DNA of 64,000 nucleotides from NCBI GenBank assembly GCA_964016885.1, contig OZ024743.1:25854001-25918000 (forward strand). The letters are read 5' to 3'. Source of the DNA: Eledone cirrhosa. Its lineage: Eukaryota. Made by a program: the position numbers and the translations under genes. The notes under the pieces were generated by a model. It was not told the DNA's origin and searched no databases. It worked only from the letters and a program-made list of their open reading frames with translations. Shown here piece after piece: positions 14,101-29,499 of this stretch; the stretch's first letter is position 1; every line of letters starts with the position of its first letter.

Positions 14101-17100
14101 ACAATACTGTTGTTACTGGAATACACTTATATCAGTTGACAATACTGTTGTTACTGGAATACATTTATATTAGTTGACAATACTGTTGTTACTGGAATAC
14201 ACTTATATCAGTTGATAATACTATTGTTACTGGAATACACTTATATCAGTTGACAATACGGTTGTTACTGGAATACACTTATATCAGTTGACAATACTGT
14301 TGTCACTGGAATACACTTATTTCAGTTAACAATACTGTTGTTACTGGAATACACTGATATCAGTTGACAATACTGTTGTTACTGGAATACACATATATCA
14401 GTTGCTAATACTGTTGTTACTGGAAAACACTTATATCAGTTGACAATACTGTTGTTACTGGAATACACTTATATCTGTTGACAATACTGTTGTTACTGGA
14501 ATACAGTTATATCAGTTGACAATACTGTTGTTACTGGAATACACTTATATCAGTTGACAATACTGTTGTTACTGGAATACACTTATATCAGTTGATAATA
14601 CTGTTGTTACTGGAATACACTTATATCAGTTGACAATACTGTTGTTACTGGAATATATTTATATCAGTTGACAATACTGTTGTTACTGGAATACACTTAT
14701 ATCTGTTGACAATACTGTTGTTACTGGAATACACTTATATCTGTTGACAAAACTGTTGTTACTGGAATACAGTTATATCAGTTGACAATACTGTTGTTAC
14801 TGGAATACACTCATATAAGTTGACAATACTGTTGTTACTGGAATACACTTATATCAGTTGACATGGATGTTGTTACTGGAATACACTTATATCAGTTGAC
14901 AGTACTGTTGTTACTGGAATACACTTATATCAGTTAATAATACTGTTGTTACTGGAATACACTTATATCAGTTGACAATAATGTTGTTACTGGAATACAC
15001 TTATATCAGTTGACAATACTGTTGTTACTGGAATACACTTATATCAGTTGACAATACTGTTGTTACTGGAATACACTTATATCAGTTGACAATACTGTTG
15101 TTAATGGAATACACTTATATCAGTTGACAATACTGTTGTTACTGGAATACACTTATATCAGTTGACAATACTGTTGTTACAGGAATACACTTATATCAGT
15201 TGACAATATTGTTGTTGGTGGAGTACACTTATTTCAGTTGACAATACTGTTGTTACTGGAATACACTTATATCAGTTGATAATACTGTTGTTACTGGAAT
15301 ACACTTATATCAGTTGACAATACTGTTGTTACTGGAATACACTTATATCAGTTGACAATACTGTTGTTACTGGAATACACTTATATCAGTTGACAATACT
15401 CTTATTACTGGAATACACTTATATCAGTTGACAATACTGTTGTTACTGGAATACACTTATATCAGTTGACAATACTGTTGTTACTGGAATACACTTATAT
15501 CAGTTGACAATACTGTTGTTACTGGAATACACTTATATCAGTTGATAATACTGTTGTTACTGGAATACACTTATATCAGTTGACAATACTGTTGTTACTG
15601 GAATACACTTATATCAGTTGACAATACTGTTGTTACTGGACTCCACTTATATCAGTTGACAATACTGTTGTTACTGGAATACACTTATATCAGTTGAAAA
15701 TACTGTTGTTACTGGAATACACTTATATCAGTTGACAATACTGTTGTTACTGGAATACACTTATATCAGTTGATAATACTGTTGTTACTGGAATACACTT
15801 ATTTCAGTTGACAATACTGTTGTTACTGGAATACACTTATATCAGTTGACAATACTGTTGTTACTGGAATACATTTATATCAGTTGACAATACTGTTGTT
15901 ACTGGAATACACTTATATCAGTTGATAATACTGTTGTTACTGGAATACACTTATATCAGTTGACAATACTGTTGTTACTGGAATACACTTATATCAGTTG
16001 ACATACTGTTGTTACTGGAATACTCTTATTTCAGTTAACAATACTGTTGTTACTGGAATACACTGATATCAGTTGACAATACTGTTGTTACTGTAATAGA
16101 CTTATATCAGTTGACAATACTGTTGTTACTGGAATACACATATATCAGTTGATAATACTGTTGTTACTGGAAAACACTTATATCAGTTGACAATACTGTT
16201 GTTACTGGAATACACTTATATCAGTTGATAATACTCTTGTTACTGGAATACACTTATATCTGTTGACAATACTGTTGTTACTGGAATACACTTATATCAG
16301 TTGATAATACTGTTGTTACTGGAATACACTTATATCAGTTGACAATACTGTTGTTACTGGAATACACTTATATCTGTTGACAATACTGTTGTTACTGGAA
16401 TACACTTATATCTGTTGACAAAACTGTTGTTACTGGAATACAGTTATATCAGTTGACAATACTGTTGTTACTGGAATACACTCATATAAGTTGACAATAC
16501 TGTTGTTACTGGAATACACTTATATCAGTTGACAATAATGTTGTTACTGGAATACACTTATATCAGTTGACAGTACTGTTGTTACTGGAATAAACTTATA
16601 TCAGTTGATAATACTGTTGTTACTGGAATACACTTATATCAGTTGACAATACTGTTGTTACTGGAATACACTTATATCAGTTGACAATACTGTTGTTACT
16701 GGAATACACTTATCTCAGTTGACAATACTGTTGTTACTGGAATACACTTATATCAGTTGACAATACTGTTGTTACTGGAATACACTTATATCAGTTGACA
16801 ATACTGTTGTTACTGGAATACACTTATATCAGTTGACAATACTGTTGTTACAGGAATACACTTATATCAGTTGATAATACTGTTGTTACTGGAATACACT
16901 TATTTCAGTTGACAATACTGTTGTTACTGGAATACACTTATATCAGTTGACAATACTGTTGTTACTGGAATACATTTATATCAGTTGACAATACTGTTGT
17001 TACTGGAATACACTTATATCAGTTGATAATACTATTGTTACTGGAATACACTTATATCAGTTGACAAAACTGTTGTTACTGGAATACAGTTATATCAGTT

Positions 17101-17470
17101 GACAATACTGTTGTTACTGGAATACACTGATATCAGTTGACAATACTGTTGTTACTGTAATAGACTTATATCAGTTGACAATACTGTTGTTACTGGAATA
17201 CACATATATCAGTTGATAATACTGTTGTTACTGGAAAACACTTATATCAGTTGACAATACTGTTGTTACTGGAATACACTTATATCAGTTGATAATACTC
17301 TTGTTACTGGAATACACTTATATCTGTTGACAATACTGTTGTTACTGGAATACACTTATATCAGTTGATAATACTGTTGTTACTGGAATACACTTATATC
17401 AGTTGACAATACTGTTGTTACTGGAATACACTCATATAAGTTGACAATACTGTTGTTACTGGAATACACT
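10480..17470 (+). repeat. Tandem duplication of a 92-monomer block (period 3,495 bp, 2 copies)
   Basis: CAAAACTG 10531/14026, GACATGGATG 11365/14860, CTCATATAAG 13936/17431. 92x38-1 = 3,495. Confidence 0.92.
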
Positions 17471-20419
17471 TATATCAGTTGACAATAATGTTGTTACTGG
17501 AATACACTTATATCAGTTGACAGTACTGTTGTTACTGGAATACACTTATATCAGTTAATAATACTGTTGTTACTGGAATACACTTATATCAGTTGACAAT
17601 ACTGTTGTTACTGGAATACACTTATATCAGTTGACAATACTGTTGTTACTGGAATACATTTATATCAGTTGACAATACTGTTGTTACTGGAATACACTTA
17701 TCTCAGTTGACAATACTGTTGTTACTGGAATACACTTATATCAGTTGACAATACTGTTGTTAATGGAATACACTTATATCAGTTGACAATACTGTTGTTA
17801 CTGGAATACACTTATATCAGTTGACAATACTGTTGTTACTGGAATACACTTATATCAGTTGACAATACTGTTGTTACTGGAATACACTTATATCAGTTGA
17901 CAATACTGTTGTTACTGGAATACATTTATATCAGTTGACAATACTGTTGTTACTGGAATACACTTATATCAGTTGATAATACTATTGTTACTGGAATACA
18001 CTTATATCAGTTGACAATACGGTTGTTACTGGAATACACTTATATCAGTTGACAATACTGTTGTCACTGGAATACACTTATTTCAGTTAACAATACTGTT
18101 GTTACTGGAATACACTGATATCAGTTGACAATACTGTTGTTACTGGAATACACATATATCAGTTGATAATACTGTTGTTACTGGAAAACACTTATATCAG
18201 TTGACAATACTGTTGTTACTGGAATACACTTATATCAGTTGATAATACACTTGTTACTGGAATACACTTATATCTGTTGACAATACTGTTGTTACTGGAA
18301 TACAGTTATATCAGTTGACAATACTGTTGTTACTGGAATACACTTATATCAGTTGACAATATTGTTGTTACTGGAATACACTTATATCAGTTGATAATAC
18401 TGTTGTTACTGGAATACACTTATATCAGTTGACAATACTGTTGTTACTGGAATATATTTATATCAGTTGACAATACTGTTGTTACTGGAATACACTTATA
18501 TCTGTTGACAATACTGTTGTTACTGGAATACACTTATATCTGTTGACAAAACTGTTGTTACTGGAATACAGTTATATCAGTTGACAATACTGTTGTTACT
18601 GGAATACACTCATATAAGTTGACAATACTGTTGTTACTGGAATACACTTATATCAGTTGACAAGAATGTTGTTACTGGAATACACTTATATCAGTTGACA
18701 GTACTGTTGTTACTGGAATACACTTATATCAGTTAATAATACTGTTGTTACTGGAATACACTTATATCAGTTGACAATACTGTTGTTACTGGAATACACT
18801 TATATCAGTTGACAATACTGTTGTTACTGGAATACACTTATATCAGTTGACAATACTGTTGTTACTGGAATACACTTATATCAGTTGACAATACTGTTGT
18901 TAATGGAATACACTTATATCAGTTGACAATACTGTTGTTACTGGAATACACTTATATCAGTTGACAATACTGTTGTTACAGGAATACACTTATATCAGTT
19001 GACAATACTGTTGTTGGTGGAATACACTTATTTCAGTTGACAATACTGTTGTTACTGGAATACACTTATATCAGTTGATAATACTGTTGTTACTGGAATA
19101 CACTTATATCAGTTGACAATACTGTTGTTACTGGAATACACTTATATCAGTTGACAATACTGTTGTTACTGGAATACACTTATATCAGTTGACAATACTG
19201 TTGTTACTGGAATACACTTATATCAGTTGATAATACTTTTGTTACTGGAATACACTTATATCAGTTGACAATACTGTTGTTACTGGAATACACTTATATC
19301 AGTTGACAATACTGTTGTTACTGGAATACACTTATATCAGTTGACAATACTGTTGTTACTGGAATACACTTATATCAGTTGACAATACTCTTATTACTGG
19401 AATACACTTATATCAGTTGACAATACTGTTGTTACTGGAATACACTTATATCAGTTGACAATACTGTTGTTACTGGAATACACTTATATCAGTTGACAAT
19501 ACTGTTGTTACTGGAATACACTTATATCAGTTGATAATACTGTTGTTACTGGAATACACTTATATCAGTTGACAATACTGTTGTTACTGGAATACACTTA
19601 TATCAGTTGACAATACTGTTGTTACTGGACTCCACTTATATCAGTTAACAATACTGTTGTTACTGGAATACACTTATATCAGTTGACAATACTGTTGTTA
19701 CTGGAATACACTTATATCAGTTGACAATACTGTTGTTACTGGAATACACTTATATCAGTTGATAATACTGTTGTTACTGGAATACAGTTATATCAGTTGA
19801 CAATACTGTTGTTACTGGAATACACTCATATAAGTTGACAATACTGTTGTTACTGGAATACACTTATATCAGTTGACAAGGATGTTGTTACTGGAATACA
19901 CTTATATCAGTTGACAGTACTGTTGTTACTGGAATACACTTATATCAGTTAATAATACTGTTGTTACTGGAATACACTTATATCAGTTGACAATAATGTT
20001 GTTACTGCAATACACTTATATCAGTTGACAATACTGTTGTTACTGGAATACACTTATATCAGTTGACAATACTGTTGTTACTGGAATACACTTATATCAG
20101 TTGACAATACTGTTGTTAATGGAATACACTTGTATCAGTTGACAATACTGTTGTTACTGGAATACACTTATATCAGTTGACAATACTGTTGTTACAGGAA
20201 TACACTTATATCATTTGACAATACTGTTGTTGGTGGAGTACACTTATTTCAGTTGACAATACTGTTGTTACTGGAATACACTTATATCAGTTGATAATAC
20301 TGTTGTTACTGGAATACACTTATATCAGTTGACAATACTGTTGTTACTGGAATACACTTATATCAGTTGACAATAATGTTGTTACTGGAATACACTTATA
20401 TCAGTTGACAATACTGTTG

Positions 20420-23400
20420 TTACTGGAATACACTTATATCAGTTGATAATACTGTTGTTACTGGAATACACTTATATCAGTTGACAATACTGTTGTTACT
20501 GGAATACACTTATATCAGTTGACAATACTGTCGTTACTGGAATACACTTATATCAGTTGACAATACTGTTGTTACTGGAATACACTTATATCAGTTGACA
20601 ATACTCTTATTACTGGAATACACTTATATCTGTTGACAATACTGTTGTTACTGGAATACACTTATATCAGTTGACAATACTGTTGTTACTGGAATACACT
20701 TATATCAGTTGACAATACTGTTGTTACTGGAATACACTTATATCAGTTGATAATACTGTTGTTACTGGAATACACTTATATCAGTTGACAATACTGTTGT
20801 TACTGGAATACACTTATATCAGTTGACAATACTGTTGTTACTGGACTCCACTTATATCAGTTGACAATACTGTTGTTACTGGAATACACTTATATCAGTT
20901 GAAAATACTGTTGTTACTGGAATACACTTATATCAGTTGACAATACTGTTGTTACTGGAATACACTTATATCAGTTGATAATACTGTTGTTACTGGAATA
21001 CACTTATTTCAGTTGACAATACTGTTGTTACTGGAATACACTTATATCAGTTGACAATACTGTTGTTACTGGAATACATTTATATCAGTTGACAATACTG
21101 TTGTTACTGGAATACACTTATATCAGTTGATAATACTGTTGTTACTGGAATACACTTATATCAGTTGACAATACTGTTGTTACTGGAATACACTTATATC
21201 AGTTGACATACTGTTGTTACTGGAATACACTTATTTCAGTTAACAATACTGTTGTTACTGGAATACACTGATATCAGTTGACAATACTGTTGTTACTGTA
21301 ATAGACTTATATCAGTTGACAATACTGTTGTTACTGGAATACACATATATCAGTTGATAATACTGTTGTTACTGGAAAACACTTATATCAGTTCACAATA
21401 CTGTTGTTACTGGAATACACTTATATCAGTTGATAATACTCTTGTTACTGGAATACACTTATATCTGTTGACAATACTGTTGTTACTGGAATACACTTAT
21501 ATCAGTTGATAATACTGTTGTTACTGGAATACACTTATATCAGTTGACAATACTGTTGTTACTGGAATACACTTATATCCGTTGACAATACTGTTGTTAC
21601 TGGAATACACTTATATCAGTTGACAATACTGTTGTTACTGGAATACACTTATATCAGTTGACAATACTGTTGTTACTGGAATACACTTATTTCAGTTGAC
21701 AATACTGTTGTTACTGGAATACACTTATATCAGTTGACAATACTGTTGTTACTGGAATACATTTATATCAGTTGACAATACTGTTGTTACTGGAATACAC
21801 TTATATCAGTTGATAATACTGTTGTTACTGGAATACACTTATATCAGTTGACAATACTGTTGTTACTGGAATACACTTATATCAGTTGACATACTGTTGT
21901 TACTGGAATACACTTATTTCAGTTAACAATACTGTTGTTACTGGAATACACTGATATCAGTTGACAATACTGTTGTTACTGTAATAGACTTATATCAGTT
22001 GACAATACTGTTGTTACTGGAATACCCATATATCAGTTGATAATACTGTTGTTACTGGAAAACACTTATATCAGTTGACAATACTGTTGTTACTGGAATA
22101 CACTTATATCAGTTGATAATACTCTTGTTACTGGAATACACTTATATCTGTTGACAATACTGTTGTTACTGGAATACACTTATATCAGTTGATAATACTG
22201 TTGTTACTGGAATACACTTATATCAGTTGACAATACTGTTGTTACTGGAATACACTTATATCTGTTGACAATACTGTTGTTACTGGAATACACTTATATC
22301 TGTTGACAAAACTGTTGTTACTGGAATACAGTTATATCAGTTGACAATACTGTTGTTACTGGAATACACTCATATAAGTTGACAATACTGTTGTTACTGG
22401 AATACACTTATATCAGTTGACAATAATGTTGTTACTGGAATACACTTATATCAGTTGACAGTACTGTTGTTACTGGAATAAACTTATATCAGTTGATAAT
22501 ACTGTTGTTACTGGAATACACTTATATCAGTTGACAATACTGTTGTTACTGGAATACACTTATATCAGTTGACAATACTGTTGTTACTGGAATACACTTA
22601 TCTCAGTTGACAATACTGTTGTTACTGGAATACACTTATATCAGTTGACAATACTGTTGTTACTGGAATACACTTATATCAGTTGACAATACTGTTGTTA
22701 CTGGAATACACTTATATCAGTTGACAATACTGTTGTTACAGGAATACACTTATATCAGTTGATAATACTGTTGTTACTGGAATACACTTATTTCAGTTGA
22801 CAATACTGTTGTTACTGGAATACACTTATATCAGTTGACAATACTGTTGTTACTGGAATACATTTATATCAGTTGACAATACTGTTGTTACTGGAATACA
22901 CTTATATCAGTTGATAATACTATTGTTACTGGAATACACTTATATCAGTTGACAAAACTGTTGTTACTGGAATACAGTTATATCAGTTGACAATACTGTT
23001 GTTACTGGAATACACTGATATCAGTTGACAATACTGTTGTTACTGTAATAGACTTATATCAGTTGACAATACTGTTGTTACTGGAATACACTTATATCAG
23101 TTGATAATACTGTTGTTACTGGAATACACTTATATCAGTTGACAATACTGTTGTTACTGGAATACACTTATATCAGTTGACAATACTGTCGTTACTGGAA
23201 TACACTTATATCAGTTGACAATACTGTTGTTACTGGAATACACTTATATCAGTTGACAATACTCTTATTACTGGAATACACTTATATCTGTTGACAATAC
23301 TGTTGTTACTGGAATACACTTATATCAGTTGACAATACTGTTGTTACTGGAATACACTTATATCAGTTGACAATACTGTTGTTACTGGAATACACTTATA

Positions 23401-25200
23401 TCAGTTGATAATACTGTTGTTACTGGAATACACTTATATCAGTTGACAATACTGTTGTTACTGGAATACACTTATATCAGTTGACAATACTGTTGTTACT
23501 GGACTCCACTTATATCAGTTGACAATACTGTTGTTACTGGAATACACTTATATCAGTTGAAAATACTGTTGTTACTGGAATACACTTATATCAGTTGACA
23601 ATACTGTTGTTACTGGAATACACTTATATCAGTTGATAATACTGTTGTTACTGGAATACACTTATTTCAGTTGACAATACTGTTGTTACTGGAATACACT
23701 TATATCAGTTGACAATACTGTTGTTACTGGAATACATTTATATCAGTTGACAATACTGTTGTTACTGGAATACACTTATATCAGTTGATAATACTGTTGT
23801 TACTGGAATACACTTATATCAGTTGACAATACTGTTGTTACTGGAATACACTTATATCAGTTGACATACTGTTGTTACTGGAATACACTTATTTCAGTTA
23901 ACAATACTGTTGTTACTGGAATACACTGATATCAGTTGACAATACTGTTGTTACTGTAATAGACTTATATCAGTTGACAATACTGTTGTTACTGGAATAC
24001 ACATATATCAGTTGATAATACTGTTGTTACTGGAAAACACTTATATCAGTTCACAATACTGTTGTTACTGGAATACACTTATATCAGTTGATAATACTCT
24101 TGTTACTGGAATACACTTATATCTGTTGACAATACTGTTGTTACTGGAATACACTTATATCAGTTGATAATACTGTTGTTACTGGAATACACTTATATCA
24201 GTTGACAATACTGTTGTTACTGGAATACACTTATATCCGTTGACAATACTGTTGTTACTGGAATACACTTATATCAGTTGACAATACTGTTGTTACTGGA
24301 ATACACTTATATCAGTTGACAATACTGTTGTTACTGGAATACACTTATTTCAGTTGACAATACTGTTGTTACTGGAATACACTTATATCAGTTGACAATA
24401 CTGTTGTTACTGGAATACATTTATATCAGTTGACAATACTGTTGTTACTGGAATACACTTATATCAGTTGATAATACTGTTGTTACTGGAATACACTTAT
24501 ATCAGTTGACAATACTGTTGTTACTGGAATACACTTATATCAGTTGACATACTGTTGTTACTGGAATACACTTATTTCAGTTAACAATACTGTTGTTACT
24601 GGAATACACTGATATCAGTTGACAATACTGTTGTTACTGTAATAGACTTATATCAGTTGACAATACTGTTGTTACTGGAATACCCATATATCAGTTGATA
24701 ATACTGTTGTTACTGGAAAACACTTATATCAGTTGACAATACTGTTGTTACTGGAATACACTTATATCAGTTGATAATACTCTTGTTACTGGAATACACT
24801 TATATCTGTTGACAATACTGTTGTTACTGGAATACACTTATATCAGTTGATAATACTGTTGTTACTGGAATACACTTATATCAGTTGACAATACTGTTGT
24901 TACTGGAATACACTTATATCTGTTGACAATACTGTTGTTACTGGAATACACTTATATCTGTTGACAAAACTGTTGTTACTGGAATACAGTTATATCAGTT
25001 GACAATACTGTTGTTACTGGAATACACTCATATAAGTTGACAATACTGTTGTTACTGGAATACACTTATATCAGTTGACAATAATGTTGTTACTGGAATA
25101 CACTTATATCAGTTGACAGTACTGTTGTTACTGGAATAAACTTATATCAGTTGATAATACTGTTGTTACTGGAATACACTTATATCAGTTGACAATACTG
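20420..25200 (+). repeat. Tandem duplication with a 70-monomer period (2,658 bp; second copy partial), containing a nested 18-monomer (683 bp) duplication
   Basis: ACTGTCGTT 20532/23190, GTTCAC 21391/24049, AATACCCATA 22021/24679 (70x38-2). Nested pair GACATACTG 21205/21888 (18x38-1). A further partial copy lies at about 27850-29050 (GTTCAC 28759). Confidence 0.9.
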
Positions 25201-28200
25201 TTGTTACTGGAATACACTCATATAAGTTGACAATACTGTTGTTACTGGAATACACTTATATCAGTTGACAATAATGTTGTTACTGGAATACACTTATATC
25301 AGTTGACAGTACTGTTGTTACTGGAATACACTTATATCAGTTAATAATACTGTTGTTACTGGAATACACTTATATCAGTTGACAATACTGTTGTTACTGG
25401 AATACACTTATATCAGTTGACAATACTGTTGTTACTGGAATACACTTATCTCAGTTGACAATACTGTTGTTACTGGAATACACTTATATCAGTTGACAAT
25501 ACTGTTGTTAATGGAATACACTTATATCAGTTGACAATACTGTTGTTACTGGAATACACTTATATCAGTTGACAATACTGTTGTTACTGGAATACACTTA
25601 TATCAGTTGACAATACTGTTGTTACTGGAATACACTTATATCAGTTGACAATACTGTTGTTACTGGAATACATTTATATCAGTTGACAATACTGTTGTTA
25701 CTGGAATACACTTATATCAGTTGATAATACTATTGTTACTGGAATACACTTATATCAGTTGACAATACGGTTGTTACTGGAATACACTTATATCAGTTGA
25801 CAATACTGTTGTCACTGGAATACACTTATTTCAGTTAACAATACTGTTGTTACTGGAATACACTGATATCAGTTGACAATACTGTTGTTACTGGAATACA
25901 CATATATCAGTTGATAATACTGTTGTTACTGGAAAACACTTATATCAGTTGACAATACTGTTGTTACTGGAATACACTTATATCAGTTGATAATACACTT
26001 GTTACTGGAATACACTTATATCTGTTGACAATACTGTTGTTACTGGAATACAGTTATATCAGTTGACAATACTGTTGTTACTGGAATACACTTATATCAG
26101 TTGACAATATTGTTGTTACTGGAATACACTTATATCAGTTGATAATACTGTTGTTACTGGAATACACTTATATCAGTTGACAATACTGTTGTTACTGGAA
26201 TATATTTATATCAGTTGACAATACTGTTGTTACTGGAATACACTTATATCTGTTGACAATACTGTTGTTACTGGAATACACTTATATCTGTTGACAAAAC
26301 TGTTGTTACTGGAATACAGTTATATCAGTTGACAATACTGTTGTTACTGGAATACACTCATATAAGTTGACAATACTGTTGTTACTGGAATACACTTATA
26401 TCAGTTGACAAGAATGTTGTTACTGGAATACACTTATATCAGTTGACAGTACTGTTGTTACTGGAATACACTTATATCAGTTAATAATACTGTTGTTACT
26501 GGAATACACTTATATCAGTTGACAATACTGTTGTTACTGGAATACACTTATATCAGTTGACAATACTGTTGTTACTGGAATACACTTATATCAGTTGACA
26601 ATACTGTTGTTACTGGAATACACTTATATCAGTTGACAATACTGTTGTTAATGGAATATACTTATATCAGTTGACAATACTGTTGTTACTGGAATACACT
26701 TATATCAGTTGACAATACTGTTGTTACAGGAATACACTTATATCAGTTGACAATACTGTTGTTGGTGGAATACACTTATTTCAGTTGACAATACTGTTGT
26801 TACTGGAATACACTTATATCAGTTGATAATACTGTTGTTACTGGAATACACTTATATCAGTTGACAATACTGTTGTTACTGGAATACACTTATATCAGTT
26901 GACAATACTGTTGTTACTGGAATACACTTATATCAGTTGACAATACTGTTGTTACTGGAATACACTTATATCAGTTGATAATACTTTTGTTACTGGAATA
27001 CACTTATATCAGTTGACAATACTGTTGTTTCTGGAATACACTTATATCAGTTGACAATACTGTTGTTACTGGAATACACTTATATCAGTTGACAATACTG
27101 TTGTTACTGGAATACACTTATATCAGTTGACAATACTCTTATTACTGGAATACACTTATATCAGTTGACAATACTGTTGTTACTGGAATACACTTATATC
27201 AGTTGACAATACTGTTGTTACTGGAATACACTTATATCAGTTGACAATACTGTTGTTACTGGAATACACTTATATCAGTTGATAATACTGTTGTTACTGG
27301 AATACACTTATATCAGTTGACAATACTGTTGTTACTGGAATACACTTATATCAGTTGACAATACTGTTGTTACTGGACTCCACTTATATCAGTTAACAAT
27401 ACTGTTGTTACTGGCATACACTTATATCAGTTGACAATACTGTTGTTACTGGAATACACTTATATCAGTTGACAATACTGTTGTTACTGGAATACACTTA
27501 TATCAGTTGATAATACTGTTGTTACTGGAATACAGTTATATCAGTTGACAATACTGTTGTTACTGGAATACACTCATATAAGTTGACAATACTGTTGTTA
27601 CTGGAATACACTTATATCAGTTGACAAGGATGTTGTTACTGGAATACACTTATATCAGTTGACAGTACTGTTGTTACTGGAATACACTTATATCAGTTAA
27701 TAATACTGTTGTTACTGGAATACACTTATATCAGTTGACAATAATGTTGTTACTGGAATACACTTATATCAGTTGACAATACTGTTGTTACTGGAATACA
27801 CTTATATCAGTTGACAATACTGTTGTTACTGGAATACACTTATATCAGTTGACAATACTGTTGTTACTGGAATACACTTATATCAGTTGACAATACTGTC
27901 GTTACTGGAATACACTTATATCAGTTGACAATACTGTTGTTACTGGAATACACTTATATCAGTTGACAATACTCTTATTACTGGAATACACTTATATCTG
28001 TTGACAATACTGTTGTTACTGGAATACACTTATATCAGTTGACAATACTGTTGTTACTGGAATACACTTATATCAGTTGACAATACTGTTGTTACTGGAA
28101 TACACTTATATCAGTTGATAATACTGTTGTTACTGGAATACACTTATATCAGTTGACAATACTGTTGTTACTGGAATACACTTATATCAGTTGACAATAC

Positions 28201-29499
28201 TGTTGTTACTGGACTCCACTTATATCAGTTGACAATACTGTTGTTACTGGAATACACTTATATCAGTTGAAAATACTGTTGTTACTGGAATACACTTATA
28301 TCAGTTGACAATACTGTTGTTACTGGAATACACTTATATCAGTTGATAATACTGTTGTTACTGGAATACACTTATTTCAGTTGACAATACTGTTGTTACT
28401 GGAATACACTTATATCAGTTGACAATACTGTTGTTACTGGAATACATTTATATCAGTTGACAATACTGTTGTTACTGGAATACACTTATATCAGTTGATA
28501 ATACTGTTGTTACTGGAATACACTTATATCAGTTGACAATACTGTTGTTACTGGAATACACTTATATCAGTTGACATACTGTTGTTACTGGAATACACTT
28601 ATTTCAGTTAACAATACTGTTGTTACTGGAATACACTGATATCAGTTGACAATACTGTTGTTACTGTAATAGACTTATATCAGTTGACAATACTGTTGTT
28701 ACTGGAATACACATATATCAGTTGATAATACTGTTGTTACTGGAAAACACTTATATCAGTTCACAATACTGTTGTTACTGGAATACACTTATATCAGTTG
28801 ATAATACTCTTGTTACTGGAATACACTTATATCTGTTGACAATACTGTTGTTACTGGAATACACTTATATCAGTTGATAATACTGTTGTTACTGGAATAC
28901 ACTTATATCAGTTGACAATACTGTTGTTACTGGAATACACTTATATCCGTTGACAATACTGTTGTTACTGGAATACACTTATATCAGTTGACAATACTGT
29001 TGTTACTGGAATACACTTATATCAGTTGACAATACTGTTGTTACTGGAATACACTTATATCAGTTGACAATACTGTTGTTACTGGAATACACTTATATCA
29101 GTTGATAATACTGTTGTTACTGGAATACACTTATATCAGTTGACAATACTGTTGTTACTGGAATACACTTATATCAGTTGACAATACTGTTGTTACTGGA
29201 CTCCACTTATATCAGTTGACAATACTGTTGTTACTGGAATGCACTTATATCAGTTGAAAATACTGTTGTTACTGGAATACACTTATATCAGTTGACAATA
29301 CTGTTGTTACTGGAATACACTTATATCAGTTGATAATACTGTTGTTACTGGAATACACTTATTTCAGTTGACAATACTGTTGTTACTGGAATACACTTAT
29401 ATCAGTTGACAATACTGTTGTTACTGGAATACATTTATATCAGTTGACAATACTGTTGTTACTGGAATACACTTATATCAGTTGATAATACTGTTGTTA